Of a stretch of 39,655 bases of DNA, positions 13,126 to 25,013 are shown piece after piece. The DNA is from Pelomyxa schiedti (Eukaryota; Protista; Evosea), in contig JAHLWZ010000466.1 of the NCBI GenBank assembly GCA_020536535.1, forward strand, positions 1 to 39,655, in the 5' to 3' direction. The notes under the pieces were generated by a model. That model saw nothing but the letters and a program-made list of their open reading frames with translations, was not told the DNA's origin and did no database searches. Both the position numbers and the translations under genes were made by a program. The stretch's first letter is position 1, and the number at the start of each line of letters is the position of its first letter.

Positions 13126-13778
13126 CTATTTTCTGTTCGCAGCCTCAAATTCCCTGAGCTGTGCCACAATGGCAGAGTCAGGTCCCACTCCCGGAATTGA
13201 GTTTGGCATCGCAACCCCTGCCTTGATTAGCAGCTTAGCGCAGCCGGCCTGGTCGTTGTAGATGGCGAACAGCAGGGGAGTGGTGCCATCGCTGTCAGGC
13301 CGGTTGAGCTCCGCGCCCCGGCTTATGAGAAGCGCGAGGGTCTCCTCGTCGCCGTCGCCGCAGCACATGGAGAGGGCCGATCGGCCCGACTCGGAGCCGA
13401 CGAGCGAGGGGTCGCAGTGGCCCTCGTTTAGCAGAATCGGGATGATCTGGCGGCGCAGGACGATGCCGCCCTCGTAGTTGAGGAACGTCGCGGCGACGAT
13501 CGGGGGCGACGTCGGCGGCAGGCGGACGTCGGCGCCGCGGGCGAGGAGGAGGCGGACCATGTCGATTTGGCCGTCGGTGCTGGCGAGGCTAAGGGGTGTG
13601 TTGAAGTCATCGGATACGACGTTGATTTCGCCAGGGAACTGGTCCAGTATTTCCGTCACCTTTTGGTTTTTGATGTTATTGATTTGTTTAGTATTTCGGC
13701 ACACCTTGGCCAAGTCGTTGGCCTTCACTGCCTCAAAAAAGTTGGTCTTGAGTGACGGGCTGGAAACCCCGTTGCCAT
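13126..13778 (-). CDS. Ankyrin repeat protein (about 4-5 repeats); start codon unresolved
   Basis: NTPLSLAS.DGQIDMVRLLLARGA, GRSALSMCC..GDEETLALLISRGA, DGTTPLLFAI..DQAGCAKLLIKAG; one intron near 13660-13705. Confidence 0.85.
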
Positions 13779-14021
13779 CGTCTTCGAAGTGTTTGTTTTT
13801 CTTGTTCTTTTAGTTTTCTTGGTTAGTTCCTCGGTTTGGTTCTTTCCAGGAACCCAGTTTCGAAGAAGCCTGTTGATCAACTCACAGCTTCCTGGGATGC
13901 CAAGAATAATTTTGTGAGGAGACTCGAAGACTCCAACGCTCGAGTTTTTCCGAGTTTTTTTGTCTCAAAACTTGGTTTTTCTGAAGTTTGTTTTTTATCT
14001 TACAAAAAGAAACACGTTTGA

Positions 14022-17000
14022 ATGGCTACAAGTGGCAGCAATGTGGTACCACAGTCGACCACAACAACACCCTGTGACCCAGTTTCCATTGTCAACAACA
14101 CAAGTTGTTTGTCCACCACGGTCAGTGCCTCGGCCACTCCGTCAAACAAATCTGAGGCCACATCTGCAGCTACAACAACAACTAGCGGCATAAATGGAAG
14201 CAATTGCGGCGAGTGTGGGGGTGATCAAGTGGTGGCAAAAGCATTGTTACCCCCGTCAAAGGAGTTGAGGTGTGTACTAAAAAAAAAACAAATCTTGATA
14301 GAGGAAGAAACACGCGGGAGGGATTCGCCTATTGTGTATTGACAAAATTTGTTTCGTTTTTGTTTAGGCCGTATCAACTTGAACTGTTGGAAATATGTAA
14401 AAGGGGAAATACCATTATATCGTTAGATACAAATACTGGTAAAACTCTAATCGCGGTGGCACTTGCCAAGTGGATGCATAGCCAATATCCCCGAAAAAAG
14501 GGTATGTTGAAATTTTATTTGCCTCTTTCTAACAATACGAAGTCTTTTTCATCGTGCAAAATATTAACTTGGCCACACAACAAGCAAGAGAGTTCATAGC
14601 CAATTGCGAATTAGAGTATGAATGAGCTTGCATGTATTTCCTCTAACACAGGACTCCAGAGTTGACGATATGTTTGGAGGACACTGTGGTAATTGGAATT
14701 TCATGATGAAGACCAATGACGTTCTTGCTTTTACTGCTCAAGTTTTGTGTAACGAACTGCCAAACAACCCAGATTTATTGGATGATGTATCTTTAATTGT
14801 ACGCTGATCCACTTTTCCTAGTTCTTACTTGTGCAGATATTTGATGAATGCCATCACACACTCAAGGGGCACCCTTTCAAAATAATCATGGATCATCTCA
14901 ACTCCCAGCACAAACTTGGAAAGGCCGTTCCATTGGTAACTCATACAAAGCTACGATTCCGTTAGCTAAGAACTCTCTGAGATTCTTGGTCTTACTGCTA
15001 GCCTTGCTTCGAGGGAAACCTTGGGTGAAACTATAATCTCAACACTCAATATGTGCTCCAATCTTCGTTCAGTTGTCTGCACTGCTGATACTACCTCATA
15101 TTATGAGCTTACTCAGGTTGAATCACCCCTGTGGGAGTAAATAACTAACAGATCTAACCAGGAAGATGTCTACGAATTGATGATGGATGGTTCTTCTGTA
15201 ATTCTTCACGATGTTATAATCTCTATTATGCGAGAGCTAACTCGGAAACTTTCTTTGTGCAAAGTATCTACGTCTATGTTATCTTTCTTCATATAGAACT
15301 CATCTTTTCCAGAGTTCATTTTCCCAGGGTTTTGAGCCGGGTTCGGAGAATTTTTCGCAATGGGCTAAAGGACAAAAGAGAGTACTTCCCAGAGAAGATA
15401 TATCAATACAGAGGGCGGCGTTCCCTCTTTTGAAAGTCCTCAGGATATTGAATAGAGGCCTTATATTCCTTGATGAAATCTCATGTAAATCGGCGTGCGT
15501 TTCCTCTTATTTTTTCTTTACCTCATGAGTATCCAGCTGGGATTATGTGAAAAGGGAACTCGGCCAAGAAGAAACTAACGCTGAAGCGAAGTTGCTTTGT
15601 ATAGAAACCCTGGAGAAAATTAGGGGGTCTCTTTTTAAAGAGAAGATCAGCGAAGACACTCTTCCACTTGAATCGGCCAAATTGCACCAACTCCGAGACA
15701 TCTTGGCAATGGTGTGAATACCATTTTCCCTAGATCAATTTTCTGACCATCACTAAACTCAGATGCACAATAAATCCCACAAAATCCTCCTCTTTGTAAA
15801 GACACGTAAAAGTGTTAGTGAACTTCTTGGTATACTTGAAAAAGATCTGCCCATTACATCTCGGGGTATAACCGGTCATGGGAGCAAGAAAATGACCCCC
15901 ACAGCTCAACGAGAAATCCTCGACCAGTTTCATGCTGGGAAGTTTGACATGTAGGACCGCCACATTTTTTGTGTGATTCTCGGACTCATCTTGTCCCAGG
16001 TTAATAACAACCTCCGTAGTTGAAGAGGGGTTAAATGTACCCAAATGCAACATGGTAATTAGATATGACGCAATAAGTTCCACTCTCTCTCTTATTCAGT
16101 CCCGGGGAAGGGCTCGGCAACCTGGCAGCAGGTTCAATTATTGCCTGAATTACGTCTCCTTATTTCTCCTAGGTTTCTCGTGATTTACCATAAGATTGAA
16201 AGTAATTCCCACAGAGTACAAACAATACTACATATTTGACTGTTTCTTCAGAGGGTCAATGGTATGAGATGAAGAAACGGGAATCTCTGATGAAGAGGGC
16301 TATTGGCATTGTATCGAAGGGATTACGAACAATCGACCTCTCTACCAATGAAATACCACTCACTTTAAGCTCTCCCTTATGGAGTATTGTTCTTGAGGAT
16401 ACACAGAAGAACCTAGAAATACAGGGAGAAAGAGCCATGAAGGTGCTTTGTGCCCCGAAACAGGTTTTTCTTCAGGTTTTTTTTTGATGATTTTACTCAC
16501 TTTTTGCTCCAGTATTTGATAAACACCTGCTCAGTTCTTTTTGGTGAGAATATCAAGACAACATTCACGCAGTCCGGACCCTATTTTTCATGCACTCTTC
16601 AAGCCGGGTTGGGACTACAGAGTTTCATGGCCTGCACTGACAACTTTTTATTAGGCCTTGTGAGTTTTCATCACTTAATCAATCACTCAGGCAGTCTGAA
16701 GCAGAGAACCAAGCTGTCAATGCGGGGATCACTTTTTTCCTGAAACGTGACTTGGTAGTCATGTCAATAAAAGTATGAAATAGTCCTTTATTTTTCTTGA
16801 TCACTTCTTTGTAGGGTTGCACACAGGCTCAAACACCACTGAAAACACCCATTATGGTCCTTGGGGAGCGCTGCAAAAGTTTCGATTTGGAGTATCAACG
16901 ACTCTAACATGTGTTGAACTTATGTTCCTTCTCCTAGGCCTCCGCAGTACGTAACACTCCCTGCTGACGTTGCAGGGCAGCTCAAATGGCGCTCAACCGT

Positions 17001-17732
17001 TACAATTTTACTACCATACGAACCGATTAGTGTATGTGGTACCTACTCTGCTACCAAGAAGGGTGCTGAGGAAGATGCCGCCACCGCGGGCTTGGAGAAA
17101 CTCGAAAGCGTAATTGGGGACTTGATACCAACAGCACCCCCTTCGTCCACAGGCACCACCGCTCCTGAGTTAGGCAGAATCAAGTCCAAGTTAAATATGT
17201 TTTGCCAAAAGAACCGGCTCAGGTTTTCTTCCCGCTCCCCTACACCCGTTCTAATCCCGGTTATATACCGGAACTGTACAGCCTGCCGCAATATGAAACC
17301 ATAGCAGCACCAAGACCGCAAAGGGTCCCGCTATTCTACTGTTCAATCAGCATTCCACCCAGAACATGGACCACACCCACCGGTTCTACATCAAAGAAAG
17401 AAGCCGAGGATTCCGCCGCAGCACTGGTTCTAGCCGACCTAGAAGACCCCCTCACAGCCGTCACCACCTCACAATCATCACAGTCACAATCACCATCAGC
17501 AACAACGAACCCACAGGCGCGCCTCAACCACACTTTACAAATGGCAAGGGGCAAAGTGGGCATGTCAGAATCATGTACTGCTACAGCACCGTTTGTTGCA
17601 CGACTTACAATAACGGCACTGGGCAAGGATCACGTTTGCGCGTCTGATCCTTGCAGGTCAAAGGCTATGGCCAAGTCACAGGCTGCACAGAGGGCTTGTG
17701 ACTTGTTGGCCCAGTTGGGCCTGCTTATTTAA
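14022..17732 (+). CDS. Dicer/RIG-I-family (SF2 DECH-box) RNA helicase with 3-4 C-terminal double-stranded RNA-binding domains
   Basis: Q motif LRPYQLEL; motif I DTNTGKT; Ia NLATQQ; [10 protein letters not shown]; III ILGLTAS; [10 protein letters not shown]; [14 protein letters not shown]; VI QSRGRAR; dsRBD signatures [21 protein letters not shown]...[18 protein letters not shown]...[14 protein letters not shown]. Confidence 0.9.
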
Positions 17733-17762
17733 AACAAGAGAATGTATTTATAAATAGAATGT

Positions 17763-18960
17763 TTATTTGTTTTCTCTTAGAATTGCTGAGTTATACAAGA
17801 GAGGAGGCATAGGAGGCATAGGATCCACAAAACTATGAATAAAGTGTTGAGGGAGGACTCACTTGGGCACCAGTCCAGAGGAAAAACATAATCAAGTTCG
17901 CAACGCCCATTTTCGCGTGGGTAACCAACCTAAATGGATATTAATGGAATGAATACTGTGAGAAAGGTAGTACCTGGTTACTTTTGCATAGTACACCATT
18001 TATGGTGTCTTCTCGTGAGTAGTGAGTGTGGCCATAGAACCAAGCCTTTACCGGGGAGTTCATCATGTGCCGGAGGTCTGTTTCAAACGCGGAATTGGCC
18101 GGGTACCCAATGTACTTTGGATGTGCATTGGGAATGGGAGCGTGGTGAGTGAGCACAATAACCCGTTTGCAATCGGCTTTGGCTTTTTTGATCTGAGTCT
18201 CTAGCCAGACCCGAGATTGGTCATGCCAGCCGTTTGTATCGTCTACTGTTATTTCCTTATGCCCGATTAAGTGAAATGAACAAATATTTTATTAGCGGCA
18301 GTAATATACCTTGGCTTCACCAGCGGGTGAAAGTGCCCTAATGAGTCGGTAGTCATTCAGAGTTGCAGTCACACACCGAGCACTCTGGGGAGGCACATGC
18401 GACCACAGTGTGCAGCCCAGGATTCTCCAGTTCGTTTCTGGAATATCAAAGCTATTGTTTTCGAGAATCACGATGTTAGGTAGGCTTCCAACAATTTCAG
18501 CAATGAGTGACTTGCACTCCCCAGTCTCACTCCCATAGAACTGCACTTATATTGTTGTTATAAGGTATTGCGATATTGTTAAACAAAAACAAAAACAAAA
18601 AAAGATGACATACTTCATGATTTCCATAAAGAAGGAACACCTTGTCAAACTGTTTGCTGACCTTTAATTTGTGAGCGAGGTCCAAACCACAAAAAAAGAA
18701 AAAAGAAATTGTGATACCTACTCTAAGGAGGAACTCCTTGTAGAATTGAATTGCCTTTCCATAAACAACACAAATATCACCCAACAAGGCCAAATACCTC
18801 CCACATCCTCCAATACAAAACTCTTCCATGTTGGTCCGGTGCTCCTATGTCCCGTAAGTCGTTTTCAACCACGTCCACTTATGCATAAAAAAGGTACCAA
18901 ATGAGTATCAGACAACACTTGCAGCCCGTTTACAGTGACCTCCGGTGCAACGGCCGACAT
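17763..18960 (-). CDS. Calcineurin-like metallophosphoesterase
   Basis: All five metal-binding motifs after splicing: LSDTHL, LLGDI, YGNHE, LTHHAP, FYGHTH; also ILGCTLWS and SNQ(V)GY. Confidence 0.9.
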
Positions 18961-19160
18961 CTTTATGGGAAGACTCCAAGTTTCTGTGAATCATCAAAAG
19001 AGAATTGAGAAGTCTCAGTCTGGACTGTTCCGCGAGCTGCAAACGACGCTCGGCCGTATCGTCATTTTGGGGTGGATGGTTTTTGTAGGGGTGTTCCACC
19101 AAGGCACATTACCATCATTTGGGGTTGCCGTAAGAAAAGAAAAAAGCGTTTGGGTTTCGA

Positions 19161-20210
19161 ATGGACGCCAACAAGGTCAGCGTGGAGCCGTTTCAGGTGA
19201 TGGCGTCGCTGTGCACCACAACCGTAATTGTGGGTGCTGTACTCCCGAATGGTGCAGTATTTTTTTTTCCCTTATTCGTGCAGCTTTTCGTTTCTAAATT
19301 ACATGTATTACGTTTGCAGGAAAACCAAACTTCATGGCTATTGCATGGTGTTGTCCAGCATCACACCAGCCACCTTCGTTGTTGATTTGCTCCGCCAGGA
19401 GGCACCTCACCAACTCGGCCATATTGGCAAACAAGGCATTTAGTATCAGCATACCATCCAGGGCATTGGGTTTGTTCTTCTCCTGCGGACTTATTCTAAT
19501 TTATTGTACAGTTGAGAAGTTGGACTTCGCCGGTATTAAATCAGGCTCGGCAACTGACAAAAGCACTGTACAGGCTTTTTTTCTCTTCTTTTCTTCCCCA
19601 CTCAAGATTGGTAAATACGTAGTTGTTTCAAACCTTTGAATGCCCGCTAAAGGGTGCTCCGCTGCTGAAGGAGTGCCCAGTTACTATTGCCTGCAGTCTC
19701 TCAAAGCACTTCGAAATGGAGGCCCACGAAATATTTGTTGGTAAGATAGAGCACGTATATGCCAATTCCTCTATCACCACAAATGGTGCCGTTGACGCCC
19801 TCAAGGTACACATGCATTTTCCTTCTTTTCTGTTAAATTAAAATAAAATTTTGAAATTTAAACTAGTTCCCTTTTTCTAATATATCACCTAGATGGACCC
19901 CTGCCTATTTTCCTTCTCCGGACCATCGTACTTCCAGCTAGGGCCCAAGTTTGCGATTCCATGGTCAGTGGGGGGTGGATACAACCCAGCATCAGCCACC
20001 ACAACCACATCAGCTTCCGCAGCGCGGCCCTTCCCACACGTTGACACTAGCGTGTGTGTTGGGTGCGGCGCATGTGCCGGTTCGTGCGTGGCAAACCCAA
20101 CACTTTGGACTATGGATGCTGAGGGTCATGCCACCTTCGCCGTGGAGCGTGTGAATGATTGCGTGAGGTGCGGCCACTGTGTGGAAGGGTGCCCTGTCTC
20201 TGCCGTATGA
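19161..20210 (+). CDS. Flavin reductase-like (flavoredoxin) domain fused to a C-terminal 2x[4Fe-4S] ferredoxin
   Basis: Spliced GKPNFMAIAW, HLTNSAILANKAFSISIP, LDFAGIKSG..DKS, APLLKECPVTIAC, HEIFVGKI; T/S/A linker; CVGCGACAGSC and CVRCGHCVEGCP; four GT-AG introns. Confidence 0.9.
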
Positions 20211-20744
20211 TTCCTACATATTTTCCACACAACTGAATTCAAATTAAGATATCCATGAAGCTGTAGTGAGAGTATCCTAGCACCAGAAGCAGTACAACTT
20301 GCCAACCATTTAATCACAACAGCAATACAGTACAAGATACCCCCTCCACCAAAAAAAAAAAAAAAAAATAAAAACAAAAAAGTGCCACTTGTATTGTGTT
20401 TTTTTTTGAACTACCAAATGTAAGGGAGAGCTGCAGACCATCCTTCCGTACTCACATTTCCCCGTTGCGTGCTCCAGGATTTTCAGTTTTACCCCCATTC
20501 CCCTCGGGTTAATTACATCCAGTTTCTCCCGGAAGCCGCATTATGGGACATAGTGCCGGTGTAAGAAAAGGGGCTGTGTTAAGAAAAGAAGGAAACTCCG
20601 AAGCAGTATGCGCTTTGGGGGGCTGCTCAGGTTTGTGTGTGGGTGGTTGTTGTAGTTGTAGCTGTATCTGGTGCACTGTCGTGCAACTGGGTTGTGTTTG
20701 GTTGGGTGGGCGCTGCTGTGGTACCGCCAGGTTGCTCCTGCCCG

Positions 20745-22235
20745 TCAGCTGCAGAGGTGCCCCGCGCTATTGTTGGAGGGAATCTTGGGACGCTCCCCTT
20801 CAACAACCACTTTCTGGTATATTTCATTTTCTGCCATGGTTTGGAAAAGGGTCTGCTCGGAAAACAGCTGCCATAACGTGAGGCCAATGGCATATCTTGT
20901 GTTTTGGTTAGTCAGATATTAGGGAAGAAGACACTTCACTTACGTATCTGATGCTGTACTGGCACTCTTTCCATTCCACAATTCTGGTGATAGGTATATA
21001 GCTTTAGCACGGATAAGTAAGTGGTTAAGTGGTTAACCGGTAAAACCCATGATACATACGGGTTCCCCCATCGCCTTTGGAAGGAGCTCCCCCTGTGATC
21101 AACCTGCTAAATCCAAAATCGGAAACCTAATTATGTTAAAAGGAAACTAACATCCAGAAAAAAAACCTTCAAATGAAGACTGGAGGTGACCAGAAAGTTT
21201 TCTGGTTTCAGGTCACTGGTGGAGTGAGTAGAAAGGTAACAAGGTTTATTGTTGTTTTTGGTTAGGGTGCTACCAATGCGCCATTCCCAATTTGATATGC
21301 ATATAAGTAATGCCACCTGCCTGCACGGAAGTGGGTTAAGTTCTGGTAGTGTCACCAAACAATACCATTTCCTGTGCCATTTGAAGCTTTTGGTTATATG
21401 TAACTTTTCGGCTGTAGATTATAGTGTGAAGATCGCACTCCATCTGTTCCATGATTATATACACCTTAGGTTCTTCCACACAAACGCCTTAACAATAATC
21501 AGTCAGCAACAAGAAGTGGAACAAAGCGGCAAACCAATGAACTGAACCATTGCAGGATGAATAATAGTCCTAAGTACAATTTACATTAAAAACAAATAGA
21601 AGTCCAGGGAAGGAATGGTACACAAGGTTGCGGGCTTCCCTGGTAATGGCATCAATGTTGTCGGACTTAACAGCTATAACTTTAACAGCCACAGGTGTAC
21701 TTTTATAAAGCTTGGCTGATAGCATAGCCAGGAAGCAGAATAAACACATTAGTACACACAAGATATGCTACTAGTAGGGATAGTAAAAATACCTCTATAA
21801 ACTTGACCAAAAGCACCATGGCTAATCCGATCACGGCTCTCATCATACGATATATCTCCACGTTGATAAACAAGTGTTGATGAAATCTTGAGACTCTCGC
21901 CCTCCGCGTCGACGGCGGCGGCCGCGGTCGATGTCTGCGAGCCCCTTTGTTGTCTTGATGCCGCTCGCTGCTTTTTCGGGAGCTCGGCGACGCGGACACT
22001 GTCCCACAAGTGCGGGCCCCTGTCGGTTGATCGCGCCAATGTGTGTGGCTGCTGCGTCACCGCCCAGTGCACGCCCGCCCACGACGAGAACCGGACAGCG
22101 GCGCGGCCAGTCACACAGGGGAAAAAATTACCTGATCTCGGGATCAGTCTCGAAAACCTGCCGCACCTCTGTGCTTGTGACGTCGCGGGGGAGCCCTGTT
22201 ACCAGCAGTTGCGGGATTGTGTCGTCGAAGTCCAT
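20745..22235 (-). CDS. Tyrosine-kinase-like non-RD protein kinase with a putative N-terminal RRM; apparently disrupted (possible pseudogene)
   Basis: ISHGAFGQVYR, VAVK, spliced HCDLKPEN, VSDFGFSR, YLSPE, YAIGLTLWQL, GERPKIP then TGA with no subdomain XI; N-terminal LLVTGLPRDVTSTEVRQVF / GRAAVRF RRM-like segments in different frames. Confidence 0.7.
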
Positions 22236-22312
22236 GCTCCGGTATCGGATGTGGTAAAGGGCCTTTTCCAAAAAAAATTTACATCTTTAAACTTTTCCAG
22301 ATGGTATCTGTG

Positions 22313-23558
22313 TTAGACACACTTGTGTACAATTGATGGTCCTGATTCGTCATACTGAGAAGATGTCAACCACATGTCTTGGAATTTGCTGAGAGAAGCC
22401 AGGATTGAACCACCAACCCACGCAGCCTTGTTGGCAACAGGTTTAATAGTGACTTGCATCTGCCTAGTCGCTGGTGCAAGTTTGGTTAGCTCCTTATGCA
22501 TTCTGCCAATGATTCCAGGGAATAGTGACCCCCCAGACAGTATCACGTTGCTGAACATTGATTCTTGTATATCCTGATCGCACTTCGTTATTGCAGTGTG
22601 ACAGGCCACGTGGATTCCAACTAATGGCTTTTCAAGAAGAACTTCTGGTTGAAATAGGCACTCTGGGCCGCGGAATCGCTCCTCAGCAACTGTGACGGAC
22701 TGGCCATCGGGTAGTGTATACTGCATTGCAATAGGCGACGGAGCTACTGCGGAGGATTCCCTCATCTCGGAATCAAAATCTTGAGCTACATATCCAAGGG
22801 TCTCTTTGATTCCGGTAACTCTTTGCCGGTCCAATGGCTGGGGGCTGCGAATAATCTTGGTCATGTAGTCAGTGATATCGCAGCCTCCAAGGTCCAACCT
22901 TTGTATTGCGTGAGGAATTGCATTGCCTTCAAGTACCGGTACTATCTGAGTTACCCCATCGCCAACTTCCACAGCAATTCCAGTTGTGCACCCAGCTGCA
23001 AATACTGAAAGAGTTCCCTGTGTGTGAATATACAGGGCGGGTACACCCCAGCATTCGAACAATATCTGTGCAAGCTTCTCGCGCTGTTGCCTCGGAGTGA
23101 ACGGTGGGTCAGTTAAGAATAGCGGCTGTTCATTGCCATCCACTCTCATTTCCGCCATGATGATATGTGACAGTAATGTCTCCAGCTCATTCCAGCGTGT
23201 GACCACACCGCGATTGACAGGGAACTTCATATCCAAATTCAACCGCTTGGACCTGGTCATCGCCTCATCGCCAACATAATCCGGCATTGATCCCATTCCA
23301 CCCATGATTGGCACGTGGGACTTTGGTGTACCAACAACAGTCTGGGAAACACAACAAGTCCCACATTAAGTAATAAAAATATATCCACCACACACACGAT
23401 ATTCAAGATTAATGGTGCGCAGGGAAGTGGTATTAAAAATAACATCGACGCACGGGGAACATTGCAGGTTCGTCTGTTCCAGCCCTACCGCATTTGGTGA
23501 CCCCACTCCCCATGTCGATCACAATCGGTCTCGTGTCCGCCCCATCGACAGCTGCCAT
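22313..23558 (-). CDS. Divergent actin / actin-related protein (about 377 aa, one intron)
   Basis: IVIDMGSGVTKCG, YVGDEA, GIAVEVGDGVTQIVP, RLDLGGCDITDY, YTLPDGQ, ERFRGPECLFQP, AWVGGSILASL, YDESGPSIVHKCV*. Confidence 0.93.
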
Positions 23559-23747
23559 TCCTCCGGTTGTTCGTTCGTGGAAGTACGGCGTTCAAGAACC
23601 TGGGAGAATATCATAGAGTTCGAACCTTGGGTTTTCCTGCTGTGGAAGCTGTGAGCGACAGTGCCAATGTGTGGCATGTAGTATTGTCTCAAAGCAAGGC
23701 TAAAAATGGCCAGCATCATCAATCAATTCCACTAACAGGTAATTAAA

Positions 23748-24922
<1,175 letters not shown>

Positions 24923-25013
24923 GCACACACTCACTAATCACCCAAACAAAAAAAAAAGACATACCATCCCACCATCTTTTCGGTTCTTTTGGCTTTTTGT
25001 CTAATAATCAAAA

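Noticed and set aside
14022-17732. Calling the helicase a canonical Dicer or RIG-I ortholog
   Set aside because: No RNase III signature, PAZ, CARD or Cys-containing CTD; the gene ends after the last dsRBD
12202-20210. Fe-S gene cluster (CIA2 plus ferredoxin fusion)
   Set aside because: 6 kb apart with unrelated genes between; no evidence of co-regulation
20745-20747. TGA read-through or selenocysteine in the TKL kinase
   Set aside because: Sequence after the stop shows no kinase subdomain XI similarity in the frames I read
20745-23558. Actin-kinase fusion protein
   Set aside because: The actin ORF ends with a normal actin-like C-terminus and TAA at 22313; the kinase gene has its own ATG at 22235
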